From Octopus bimaculoides (lineage: Eukaryota): 63,649 nucleotides of DNA. The first letter of the stretch is position 1, and each line of letters opens with the position of its first letter. The position numbers and the translations under genes are program-made. Below are positions 13,628-25,787 of the stretch, one piece after another. Under the pieces are notes generated by a model. The model saw nothing but the letters and a program-made list of their open reading frames with translations, did not search any database and was not told the DNA's origin. Location of the stretch: positions 72,599,574-72,663,222 of the forward strand of contig NC_068984.1 of the NCBI RefSeq assembly GCF_001194135.2, in the 5' to 3' direction.

Positions 13628-14960
13628 ACAATATTAATAATAATGCGAGCTAATCCCCTAATACCACCCTATACTTTAACTTGTCCATAAATAGTACAGC
13701 ATCATCCCATTCCACAACTAATCTACGTAAGACAGATAGCTACAACTGCCGGTCGGGGCCGAATGCCCGCTGCAAGACCATTGCAGAATGTTTAACATGG
13801 TATATAAATGCATTGACCACAACATATCATACAATTCTACTCGCCATTACATCGAGTCTACTATTAATTTGAAACAGAGATATTCTGCACATCGAAACTC
13901 ATTTAAATATAAACAGCACGTCCCAAGCGAACCACATACATCAACTGATAAATAATAAAATACCACATAGGATATCGTGGGCCATAATAGATTCTGGAGT
14001 CCCATAGAAAGGCCAACGCTCTACGTGTGGACCTTGCCTGAAAGAAGCCCTCCAAATATTTATTCCTAATTCACCACAATTACTCAATAAATAACACGAA
14101 GCATTCTCTACATGTAAACATAAATTCTGTCACACCTTTAGATTCTTTCATTGGTCCAAATGCAAGCAAAATCAACATACATAACACTTGCCTATATGCA
14201 TCCACGGTCGTTACAATATACGTACGTTTTTTTTTAAAATTTTCTTCTCTATTAACAAAAGTATCTTAGAAGCTAGCTCGCTGCAATAATCTTTTTTGTA
14301 GTGTTTTAATTTTCAATCTGTAACCTTTTCAATTTTTAATTTCTAATTCTTTAATTTTTATCCTTTATCTATTTAATTGTATTTTTATCCTATATATACT
14401 CCCTTAAGCTAGGAATTAATTTTTAGCTATCTCTACTGACCACTGAATTAAATTTTCTTTCTGACCACACCGAACCTACAATTCACCTATTTAATAAATC
14501 GACATAAATGCCTTCCTTCTCCACTTTACCAAAACTTTAACGCCTGACCTCTCACTCCCAACCGACCCTTACGAAGAATAATACTGGCATCATATCTTTC
14601 TCTTTACTTTTTATTTTTTAAATCTTATTTTACTTTCACTCTCATTCATTCTTTCCCACACCTATCCCATTCCTTTCTTTTCTTTCTTTTTTCTCTCTCT
14701 TCTATTTACTCACTCACAACTCATATCTGTCCAATATGATGTCTGTTTTTCTCACTCTATAGACCCACGTAGACCATTTTCATACTAGCAAACCACTTAA
14801 TTCTATTCCTTCAACATGAAGGCAACATTCAAAATACAGCCTGGATTTACCTGGAATTATACCTAAAGGCCTATACCTTCACGGAAGTACGGACACTCTG
14901 GAAGAAGATGAGCTGTGAACTTTATTCTCCTCTATACTCAACCACCATTAAAAAAAAACA
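13130..14960 (+). mobile_element. Penelope-like element, 5'-truncated (RT thumb, linker, GIY-YIG, 3' region)
   Basis: Fragments NFPRDHKYHSIFNRSTLKLTFSPPNMESIVASSNKRRL, CPLQDHCRMFNMVYKC, HYIESTINLKQRYSAHRNSFKY and CGPCLKEALQI...LLNK*HEAFSTCKHK occur in order. The 3' boundary is approximate. Confidence 0.8.
13552..13626. repeat. (ACT)12-(AGT)13 self-complementary microsatellite
   Basis: Read directly from the sequence. Confidence 0.95.
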
Positions 14961-15368
14961 TAACTGAATAATGTGACACTGGGCTCCCTGCACATGTGCA
15001 GAAGACTAGATGGTCGTGGTCAGAATGCCAGTGATCGTAGCTCCAAGCAGCGGTGAAACAACTATAACTACGTTCAGTAGATTAAACACAAAACTGAACT
15101 TGAAGAAAAGTGAACATTTTGTTAGCCTCTCTTCCGATTCTGCTAGCCAAATGTAACGATAACGGTTTCCTTTCGAAGGAACATTATTACAAAACATAAG
15201 GTAGAGAAGGGTTGATTAAATTAACATTAGTACTTAAAAAGTACTTATTTGCTCGACAACATTGAAGTTAAAAACAAATTTTAACCCAATGGGATTCGAA
15301 CTCAGAATCCAAAGTTACAGAGTTGATTACTGTCAAACATAGCCTCAGAGAGGAATTTTATCAAGAAT

Positions 15369-15584
15369 TACGATACTGAAAAGTTATTGCGTTTGAGTAA
15401 AATAAAATATAGGTAGTTCAGCTAAGTATAATTTTATTCAGCATATTCACCTCTCAGATTCACACACTTATTGCAGTGGTCCTTCAGTTTTTCTAAGCCC
15501 TGTAAAAAAACTCGTAAGTCTGGGCCTCTAACCAGAGCTTTCGCGATACCCTTAAAGCCAGAAATTTTTCAGCATCCCCTCATA
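15369..15584 (-). mobile_element. Non-autonomous mariner-derived element
   Basis: TIR-like TATGAGGGGATGCTGAAAAATTTC with a degenerate partner tacgatactgaaaagtt. Contains the mariner C-terminus GLEKLKDHCNKCVNLRGEYAE*. Confidence 0.6.
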
Positions 15585-16731
15585 TAAATTTCTTTCGAGT
15601 CCTCTTCCTGAACTCTAAATCTCATTAACGCAAGTAATTTCCGAGATCCAAGAAAATACCCAGAACCAAGTACTCTGTATCATTGTACCCTCTACTGACA
15701 GGCACCAATGCCTTTCCAAGTTTTACAGCCGCTCTACTAATTCTGTCATCCATCATACCTTTTATTGTGACAAAAGAAATTAAAATCGTTACCCTTAGCC
15801 TCCAGCAACGTATAATGATTATTAAATGCTTCATATTCTTCANNNNNNNNNNNNNNNNNNNNNNNNNNNNNNNNNNNNNNNNNNNNNNNNNNNNNNNNNN
15901 NNNNNNNNNNNNNNNNNNNNNNNNNNNNNNNNNNNNNNNNNNNNNNNNNNNNNNNNNNNNNNNNNNNNNNNNNNNNNNNNNNNNNNNNNNNNNNNNNNNN
16001 NNNNNNNNNNNNNNNNNNNNNNNNNNNNNNNNNNNNNNNNNNNNNNNNNNNNNNNNNNNNNNNNNNNNNNNNNNNNNNNNNNNNNNNNNNNNNNNNNNNN
16101 NNNNNNNNNNNNNNNNNNNNNNNNNNNNNNNNNNNNNNNNNNNNNNNNNNNNNNNNNNNNNNNNNNNNNNNNNNNNNNNNNNNNNNNNNNNNNNNNNNNN
16201 NNNNNNNNNNNNNNNNNNNNNNNNNNNNNNNNNATCCGATGATGCTAAATTATGTGCAAATTAACCCTCAAAATTTTGCAGCCATTGTCAACTATGCTGT
16301 GCCGTCTTCTGGGTTATCCTTCCTTCTCAAAGTGACGGATTAACGTGCAAAGTAATTGAGCACTCCACAGGCATACGTTTAGTATAATTCTCAAACAGAA
16401 TCAGCATAACAGTGTGTGACGAGGCTGTATTTGTTGAATTATATAGGTACAATCCACCCCGAGGGATTCTATACAGTTTCCGTGTACTCAATTCCTTTTT
16501 CAAAATATAGGTCGATCAGAGGCCATAAAAAATGGTATTTGTCCAAGATGCCACGCAGGGGATTGAACCTGGAACTTCGAGACTGCGAAACGAATTTCTT
16601 AATCATATGGCCATGATGCACCTACTCAACTAAAGTATGCAGATTAAAAACACAACTAATTTCCACATTATGAAAACTGAAGTCAAGATTTCTTCCTCTT
16701 CTCCCACCCTTCCTTTCTGTGTGTGTGTGTG

Positions 16732-16771
<40 letters not shown>

Positions 16772-18549
16772 CTAAAAGAAATCTTTTTGGGCTAGACCGA
16801 GAGGGACAAAGACTCGGCCACGTTCAAAATGTTCATAGCGCGTTATATGCCCTCTCGATGCTCTTACAAGTCGATGAAGAGTTGGGATCCTAAGGCAAGA
16901 CATGTGTATGCGTTTGTGTGTGTTTGTGTGTAAATGTGCGGATTTGTTTGTTTCAGTGAGTACATATCAGCGAGGAAACCAATCAACAGACGCATTCCAA
17001 CAAAAGAAATAAAAAACAGCCTTATGGCATTTATTCTATCCAAGTTGCACACACTGTTGTTCTCAGTCTGATCATCTTAAATAACCTAGAAAGGGAGATT
17101 GACGCCATGGAAACTTGTAACAAACGACGCTATTGTTCCCTACATGCAATATAAAATAATTGGCTGTGCTATTCTGCTTGTCATGACATGTGTTCGAGTG
17201 TTACGCTTGTCAATACTACATGAAAAAACATCGACGACCTTACCAACATCTTTAACACAAAGTAACACGTTCGATCCTTACGCTTTCAACAACCTTAACT
17301 AATTAAATTTCAGTCGCAAGGTCTTGGTATACCCAAGGTATAGTGGAAGACTAATAGCAAGAGACCAGATTTCGATCAAACAACAAAAATACTGAAAGCA
17401 GCGTGACCCCCTAACATCTATTATCAGAAGCATCGATCTTTATTATTGTTACAGTAAAGTAAGTCACGATTTCGCAACACTCTATAGTATTGTTATATTT
17501 GGCGTTGGCTTCGCCCTTTAAACTATAGATTTTTATCGTTTCGTTAAGATACTTTATTTTGTTGCAGGAATTACCAGCGGTGTAGTGTTCTTACCACTTA
17601 ATTATTTCGGCTTCCAATAGTGAAACCACATTTACATTAACTTATCATCGATTATTTTCCTTTAAAAATTTTACATACAACTTGATATGTCGTGATTTGT
17701 TTATACAGATGTAAAAAGAAAGGAAGTGCAGACTAAACAGCAACAGGGAATTGGAAATAAGTCAGTAACTTTCCTTCAATAAAGCACCAGAAGGAAAGCA
17801 CGCAATTTCTCTGACATATTCTAGTTAACTGTAATATTAATGACGTTGTTTTGACTGTCAAGCACAACACCAATGACGCTGAGGATGGTAGCAGTAACGA
17901 CCACCTAAAGAGTTTAAAATGTTAGGGAAACTTAGACGTCTTGAACGTACATTTTCACTGCTACCAAGCAAAGTACTATTGTCACAGCCAGTGTAGCCTG
18001 CTCCAGTATCGAGGACATCAACAGCTACAGCTGCAACAGCTATACAGATAACACTAATGTCAATATTATAAATATAAAACCAATAACTGAACCCGAACCC
18101 CGAAAGAAGAAGGCTCACTTACTGAAATAATATGTTCTTGGTGAAAAATACTTAGGCTAATGGTCCACTTAAAGTATCTACGTTAATTTTATTTTTGTTT
18201 TGATTTTGTAATCGATTCTGCACAAACTTTTCTTAATATCTGCTCTTCGATCGGCATTCTTGTCAAAATAAATATTGAACTTTTAGAGGGTCAGAGAAAA
18301 TAACTTGCTGTTCTTTAGGTGCTAAGGTTAAATCCAGATGTTTACTATGTTTTTCGTCACTCCGAATTACTGTTCAAATAGTGTGATCAATATATCAGGT
18401 TGTTCATCTTCTTGCAAATATGTGGCTTTGTGTCTGCGATAAAAAATTACTATTATCATTATTAATTTACTACGATAAAGTCCTTTCATGTATCACTCTT
18501 GGAGCAAATAAAGGAAATCATTATTCTTCATTTATAATGATGATGATGA

Positions 18550-19335
18550 TTTCAAATTTCATACAAGAGCAGCACGTTTGGCAGGCGGTGGGATAAGTCG
18601 ATTATATAGACACCCAGTGCTCAAATTGTACTTCTTTTATTAATCCCGAAAGGGTGAAAGGAAAACTCAGCCTCGGCAGAATTTGAACTCAGAACATAAA
18701 GCCGAATGAAATGCTGATAAGCATTTTGCCCAGAGCAGTAACGATTCTGCCAGGTCGCAGCCTTCCTTTCTAATATAGGCACAGGGCCTGAAAATTTTAT
18801 CTCAGTACTCAATTGATCCTTATTTTATCAACCTCGAACGAATGAAAAGTTGACCTCAGCAGAATTTGAACTCAGAACGTAAAAGTGGACGAAATACTAC
18901 TACTAAGCATTTTGTCCGTCGTGCTAAGATTCTTTTCTTTTCTGCTCTAGGCACAAGGCTCGAAATTTTGGGTGAGGGGCCAGTCGATTCGATCGACCCC
19001 AGTACGCAACTGGTACTTAATAATAATATAGACTCCGAAAGGATGAAAAGCAAAGTCAACCCCGGCGGAATTTGAACTCAGAACACGAGGACAGACGAAA
19101 TACCTATTTCTTTACTGCCCACAAGGGGCTACACACAGAGGGGACAAACAAGGACAGACAAACGGATTAAGTCGATTATATCGACCCCAGTGCGTAACTG
19201 GTACTTAATTTATCGATCCCCAAAGGATGAAAGGCAAAGTCGACCTCGGCGGGATTTGAACTCAGAACGCAGTGGCAGACGAAATACCGCTAAGAATCTC
19301 GCCCAGCGTGCTAACGATTCTGCCAGCTCGCCGCT
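18550..19335 (-). mobile_element. Head-to-tail tandem cluster of SINE family B
   Basis: The motif gaatttgaactcagaac recurs at about 18680, 18865, 19070 and 19255. The head is ggcgagctggcagaatcgttagcacgc. Confidence 0.85.
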
Positions 19336-19337
19336 TT

Positions 19338-19373
19338 AATAATAATAACAACAACAACAACAACAACAACAAC

Positions 19374-19427
<54 letters not shown>

Positions 19428-19448
19428 CATCATCATCCCCATCATCAT
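19338..19448. repeat. (AAT/AAC/CAT)n compound microsatellite
   Basis: Read directly from the sequence. Confidence 0.95.
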
Positions 19449-20731
19449 TATTTGCAAAGGTGATAAAAGTTCGGTGGATTCATTTTTTTTTTATAAGTCT
19501 TCATATTTGTAATGCAGTTCCTTCAGTGCACAGTGTTCGTTTGCATCAAAGTTCCTAGATAACCTCTCTATTTGATGGGGGTGAAAAATGAAATAATAAA
19601 ATGAATTTGGTTAGCCAATCGTGAAATTCAAAGAAGCCAATACATCTAACAGTCTCGTTTGTAGAGTTGTTTAGTTCGGTACATGATTTTACAACATGCC
19701 TGTAACAAAAACAAAATTTATTTTATTATTTAAGGAAAAAAATAATAATTTTCTCGTAATGGCAGACGGCAAAAGAAAAAATGTTATGGTAAAACGTAGT
19801 CGATAGAAACGACTAATGTAGTTCGTGTCTGTCCATTCATAGAGCTCTTGCGCTCAGTTGAGCTGAGGTTCATGTACGGGTGTTTCTTTTTCTTTTTTTT
19901 TTTCTTGTGACCGTTAAGACATATCTTTATAGAAAGTTTATTATAGTCGTCTACGCTTTCTAGTCCTATACACAAACATACACGCAGACTGCGGATTTAA
20001 TAAAACACTGCAAACAAATGAAACAATAGCGGTGGATAATATTGCAAAAGTAGATTAGTCTGTTTGAGTTAAATCTCTTTACGAATGGAACGCCATTATT
20101 TGGCTGATTATTTTGTGATCTAACTACTCGGTCTCGTGGACGCTGCCTCAATGAATCGCTAGTGACAGAGTAACGACGTTGTTATTCACATTACTAGAAA
20201 TAGTGACCAAATTTCCAACAATTGGCCTTACAATAATAATGTTGATGGAGTCCTGAAAATAAAAAGTGGAATAGTCAAGACCTTAACATTTTTGAAACAC
20301 ACACACTCGTACATGTATTCGGATGCTCACAAACGTATATCATCATCCTCATCATCATCATCATCAACATCATCATTATCATCATCTAGCGCCTCCCATG
20401 CTAGTATGGTTTGTATAAATCGTTACAGTTCGCATTAATTCTCATTCGGTTTTATTACCCCACTAAAGATGGCCCTCTTTCATCCGTTTTCATTTGACAT
20501 GGCTCCTACGGCTGGATGCACTAAATCATAAGAGTGGAACTGGTGAGATTGCCTTGTCCCAGCATCGTAACATGCTCTTTGTTGTCTCTGTTCGTTCATG
20601 ATAACATAACTACTAGAAGAGGCAAAAGAGCATGTGATTGAAGAGGCTGGACTCAGAAGAGAGTATTGACAAAAGATCGGGCCGAAATGGGAAAGATAGT
20701 ACTAGGGGAGTAATGTGTAGTTGCTAGAGTG

Positions 20732-20776
<45 letters not shown>

Positions 20777-21499
20777 NNNNNNNNNNAGAGATAGAGAAAG
20801 AGAGAGCAGAGATAGGATAAATGTTTTGTAAATGGAGACAGAGTGGTAGGTAGCTGTAGGAATGGTTAATGGTTAGAGAGCATGATGGATATAAGAATGA
20901 ATGAGCTGGAGACAAGAAATGGTAGGTAGAATATAGAAGTGTGGGTGGCGACTGGTGGGAGGATAATTTAAACTAGTAAGATGTATTACCGGTGATAAAT
21001 GCAAGCGATAGCTGTAGAACGACTTAGTGATGGATGTTAAATGAAGCATAATCTAACAGTGGTGAGTAACTAAAAAGTGTAGTTGACGAATGCTTCAGAT
21101 ACCTACAGACATGGTGTAATTCCAACTCAAGTTTCAAGATTCATGGAGATGAAATAAGGACGAGTAGCATAATATGGGTGGGAGAGGTATAGGTGATTGA
21201 GTAAGCGTAACTTGAATGCTTTCCGTTAAATTTACGAGTAGCATGGTGAGTATGAGAAGAGATGTGAGGGCACAATAGGCAAGAGAGACTGTAGTAGTTA
21301 CACATAAGAGAGGTCCAATTGCTGATTATATACATATAAAGTTTATTAAAATATTTAAAAAATACTCCGTTTAGAATGCTACTATATCTACATATATAGG
21401 GTCTACAGCAAACCAGGTTAAGACACGGTATAATTAACACACTTTTCGCAACCCACACAAAAAATAATTAAGATCAAAATATACTCCGTCTAGCATAAA

Positions 21500-22020
21500 T
21501 TAGAAAGTACTCTCACACGTACAGCCATACCAAAATAACAAAATTCCTACCAACTTTACATAAATGAAACCTACCACATTCAAGCATTCATGGATCGATT
21601 TCTGAAACTAAACTCTGATCTAGTTTCTTCATGCAAGCACAAAATATTAAGAACACTGAATAATTTTTTTCTTAGGGCTAAACATTTCATCAACTCTTAT
21701 ACCACCACCTACAGTACAAACTAGCCCCATAATATGTATAAAAAAGATATTTTACACGAAACAAGCACTCTTCAAATTATCTCAACGCTTCCCTATCTCC
21801 AACCAAAATCTTCATTAAAGATTTTCTCATTTAAGTATTCAGACCTATACACACGCACACACATATTTGAATGCAAGCAAGTTGGAAACCCACCTGTTTT
21901 CGCCCATTCATTTTTTTTCTTTTCCTGTTTTAAATTAAAAAATTTTAAAACACTCTTTTTTAAATTAAATTTTATTCTCATTTTTATTCCTGAATATATA
22001 CACACCTTTTATAATACCTT
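21500..22020 (+). mobile_element. Penelope-like element 3' fragment
   Basis: LYINETYHI...LKLNSDLVSSCKHKILRTL resembles the PLE GIY-YIG C-terminus (LC..E...I...LN..SEL.S.CRH). Confidence 0.55.
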
Positions 22021-22044
22021 ACTTTCTCATATATCTTCAATTCG

Positions 22045-22320
22045 TAAGCTAGCGACCGGTGGAGAATGGCTGTCCTCTCAGCGCGGGGGCCGCTGGATAA
22101 CGGACTTCAATCTATGGCGCCGGCCTTAGCATAATCAAGATCGAGGTGGTGCGACTTCAGGTATTCTTCAATTTGTTTCGCGCATGTCTTCTCCAGTGCG
22201 TGGATTGCTGCCGCGACAAAAGTTGGTGCGGTAGTCTTTCGGTGTCCATCTTGTAGACGTGGTCATCCCACTGTAGACTGCACTGCCGAATTTTGTTTTC
22301 AAGGGTCGGCTGTTCTGCTG
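22045..22320 (-). mobile_element. RTE-type LINE RT C-terminal fragment (different lineage, GC-rich)
   Basis: AEQPTLENKIRQCSLQWDDHVYKMDTERLPHQLL resembles the RTE motif I...LRW.GHV.RM...RLP..LL. Confidence 0.6.
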
Positions 22321-22376
22321 GCATTGTTCTTGGATGTTACAAGAACATCATGAAATACATACATATATTTTTTTAT

Positions 22377-22751
22377 TCTTTTAGTTGTTTCAGTCATTTC
22401 ACTACGACCATGATGGAGCACCATCTTACAGGGTTGTTTTAGTCGAAGAAACCGACCCCAGGACTTATTCTCGGTAAGCGTAGTACTTATTTGCCGAACC
22501 ACTAAGTTACTGAGACCCAAACACGCCAACATCATTTGTTAAGGGATGGTGAGCGGACAAGCTCAGACACAAAGACAAACACACACACACATATATATAT
22601 ACGACAGTTTCCGTCTACCAAATCCACTCAAAAGGCTTTGGTCGACCCAAGGCTATAGTAGAAGCTTGCCCAAGGTACCACGCAGTGGGACTAAACCCGG
22701 AACCATGTGGTTGGGAAGCAAGCTCCTTGCCACACAGCCACGTTTGCGCCT
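22377..22751 (-). mobile_element. SINE family A
   Basis: Homologous to 1749-2180 and 50066-50434; CpGs retained. Confidence 0.8.
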
Positions 22752-23891
22752 CTCTCTCAATATATATATATACACACACACTCAATACAGATGAAGCTAC
22801 AATGAATACTTACCCTGCCTCTTGCAATCACCAATAAAACAAATAAGAAAATAATCAGCCACTAAGAATTCATTTAGTTTTAATATTATTCATCTCTGAT
22901 CTCTCACTAATAATAATTGTAATTAACCTCAGTGACTGTACCAACCAGCCTGTCCACACCATTCTATGGATTTAATTTTTTAATTACATGGTTTCTTACA
23001 AATATATAGACACGCGTATACATACACAGCCATCACTACTCATGGTTTTAGCAATATATTGAATATTTCAATACTCATGCACTTAACCAATATATAATTA
23101 TATATGCACATATATATATATATATACATATGTATAAATAATTATATATGTATATATATNNNNNNNNNNNNNNNNNNNNNNNNNNNNNNNNNNNNNNNNN
23201 NNNNNNNNNNNNNNNNNNNNNNNNNNNNNNNNNNNNNNNNNNNNNNNNNNNNNNNNNNNNNNNNNNNNNNNNNNNNNNNNNNNNNNNNNNNNNNNNNNNN
23301 NNNNNNNNNNNNNNNNNNNNNNNNNNNNNNNNNNNNNNNNNNNNNNNNNNNNNNNNNNNNNNNNNNNNNNNNNNNNNNNNNNNNNNNNNNNNNNNNNNNN
23401 NNNNNNNNNNNNNNNNNNNNNNNNNNNNNNNNNNNNNNNNNNNNNNNNNNNNNNNNNNNNNNNNNNNNNNNNNNNNNNNNNNNNNNNNNNNNNNNNNNNN
23501 NNNNNNNNNNNNNNNNCACATATATATATATATATACATATGTATAAATAATTATATATGTATATATATATATTTATATACATATATTTATATATGTATG
23601 TATGTATATAGTTATATATATACATATACATACATGGGTACAGATATTTTTAAACATATTTGCATATGTTTATATAATTATATAATATGTGTATACACAT
23701 GTAGTAGAAATACCATCAAAACGTCCGTCTTACAACCTACCATGTTAAAAAAAATATACAAAAGCTATGGACACCGTAAATAATGATGGGCTGGTCATAG
23801 ATGGAATACCTTATGATTATAGATATTTTCAATCAGAGATGAGCAATAATATATGTGTAAGTGTATATCACGGGCGTCTCCTTATATATAT

Positions 23892-24060
23892 AAGGTGTGG
23901 CTGTGTGGTAAAAAGCTTGCTTCCCAATCAAATGGTTCCGGGTTCAGTCTCACTGCGTGGCACCTTGGGCAAGTGTCTTCTACTACAGTCTCGGACCGAC
24001 CAAAGTCTTGTGAGTGAATTTCGTAGATGGAAAATGAAAGAAGCCCGCAGTATATATACA
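23892..24060 (+). mobile_element. SINE family A, 5' half
   Basis: ggtgtggctgtgtggtaaaaagcttgcttcccaatcaaatggttccgggttcagtc. Confidence 0.8.
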
Positions 24061-24429
24061 TACACACACACACAACTATAAATAAGGGCAAAAGAAAAGA
24101 ATTTTCTTTGCGAATATGGTGAAAAATAGATGCTAAATCGTCCAACCATATAAAATATTTTCACTATATTATTACACCATGTGTTGAAATGAAGAAAGCA
24201 AGCTAACAAATTCATAAATTCATTTTAGTTATCCCCGAATCGGTTCCGATTTTGGGATTAATCCAAAAGGATTTGAAAACAAAACAAAAATAAATTAAAT
24301 ACTTAGACATACCCACAGAAAAGCAGACGCAAAGCCATTAATATATTTCATCAAGTACCCCAAATATACCCAATTAGAAATTCCGTAGCAAGCCCCGACA
24401 CGCGTATCCGGTCAGGAAACGCATGCAAG

Positions 24430-24870
24430 TGGTTAACCAGTCAATGGTCTGTAAACCTCATAAGACGTGACATGGACAGCTGCGACAGAGACAAAGATGT
24501 CGTGGCCAGCAGACGTTCTGACTGCGTCTGCACGCCAGAATTCATTTACAGGATAGGGTGATGGAAGATCCGAGCAAGGAAATCCAAGTTTTGGAGTCGC
24601 CACCATGAATGACCTTCGCTACCACTCATATAAAGAGTGTAAGAGACAAAATCTGACAGCCAAAGCCAAAGGGAACAACTTAATGAAGACAAAAAAGTTC
24701 CTGAACAAGCCAATCCGGGGTTGATTTGGTTTGGTTCAGATGTAAAGTACTTCTGCCAAGACCAGATTAATAAGTGGCTTGCCCACAATCCATGTGACGT
24801 CCCATGTATCATGAAAACCATGTTTTCCCAAACTATGTTGATCTTTGGATATCTAGATAGCAAATTACTC
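24430..24870 (+). mobile_element. Tc1/mariner (maT/DD37D-like) transposase relic
   Basis: NDLRYHSYKECKRQNLTAKAKGNNLMKTKKFLNK, then after a frameshift IWFGSDVKYFCQDQINKWLAHNPCDVPCIMKTMFSQTMLIFG. This resembles the W.FSDEK.F...RWLA..P.DVP..M.TKFP..VMV pattern. Confidence 0.65.
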
Positions 24871-25446
24871 TCTCTGTTTTCACAGTTCTTTCTCAAAACG
24901 ATTTTTCTTCCTTACGTCCTTTTCTTTCTTTTTTATTAGTATCCTTTTCAGCCACGCTGCTGAAAATGCTTAGCGGCATTTCGTCCATCTTAACATTTTA
25001 AGTTCAAATTCTGCTGAGGTCGACTTTGCTTTCCATCCTTTTGGGGTCAATAAAAAAAAGTAACAACTGAACACTGGAGTTGATGCAATCTACTTACCAA
25101 CACTTCCACTGGAATTGCTGGCCTTGTGCCAAAAGTTGAAATCATTAGTATATTTCATTTTGATTAGTTATTTTTATCTCAACCATAACTCTACTTTCAA
25201 TCTTATTTCTGTCACATTCTATTTCGCCAGTTTATTTTTTTCACTCGTACCAACAGTATATATTCTATAATAGTTTTTCCATTCAATGAATATTTACATA
25301 TTTTTTCTGTTATGGTCAGCTCCCCTTTCATCCTACTGTATGCCATTCTTTGAAAAGTCGTTGCCTAGTCAGCTCTAATTGCTCATTTGTTGAACTGGTA
25401 TCCATAAACACTAATGTATGTGTATATATATATATATATATATATA

Positions 25447-25787
25447 AGCACAGGCATGGTTGTGTAGTAAGAAGCTTGGTTCCTAACCACATGGTTTCAG
25501 GTTTAGTCCCACTGGACAAGTGTCTTCTACTATAGCCTCAGGCCAACCAAAGCCTTGTGAGTGGATTTGGTAGATGGAAACTGAAAGAAGCCTGTCATAT
25601 ATATATACATATATTTGTGTATGTATGTATGTATGTGTTTGTCCCCCATCAGATGTTGGAGTGTTTACATCCCTGTAACTTAGCGGTTTGCCAAAAGAGA
25701 CTGACAGAATAAGTCTTGGGGTCGATTTGTTCAACTGAAGGCAGTGCTCAGGATGCCTGCAGTCAAATGACTGAAACAAGTAGCAGA
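25447..25787 (+). mobile_element. SINE family A, CpG-decayed
   Basis: Same family, with CG>TG/CA substitutions. Confidence 0.8.

Noticed and set aside
15020-15075. Hammerhead-like CCAGTGA...GAAACAACTATA at the end of the 13-15 kb PLE
   Set aside because: Too many core mismatches and no adjacent stem I. Similar weak remnants at 21725-21770 and 52875-52945 were also not called.
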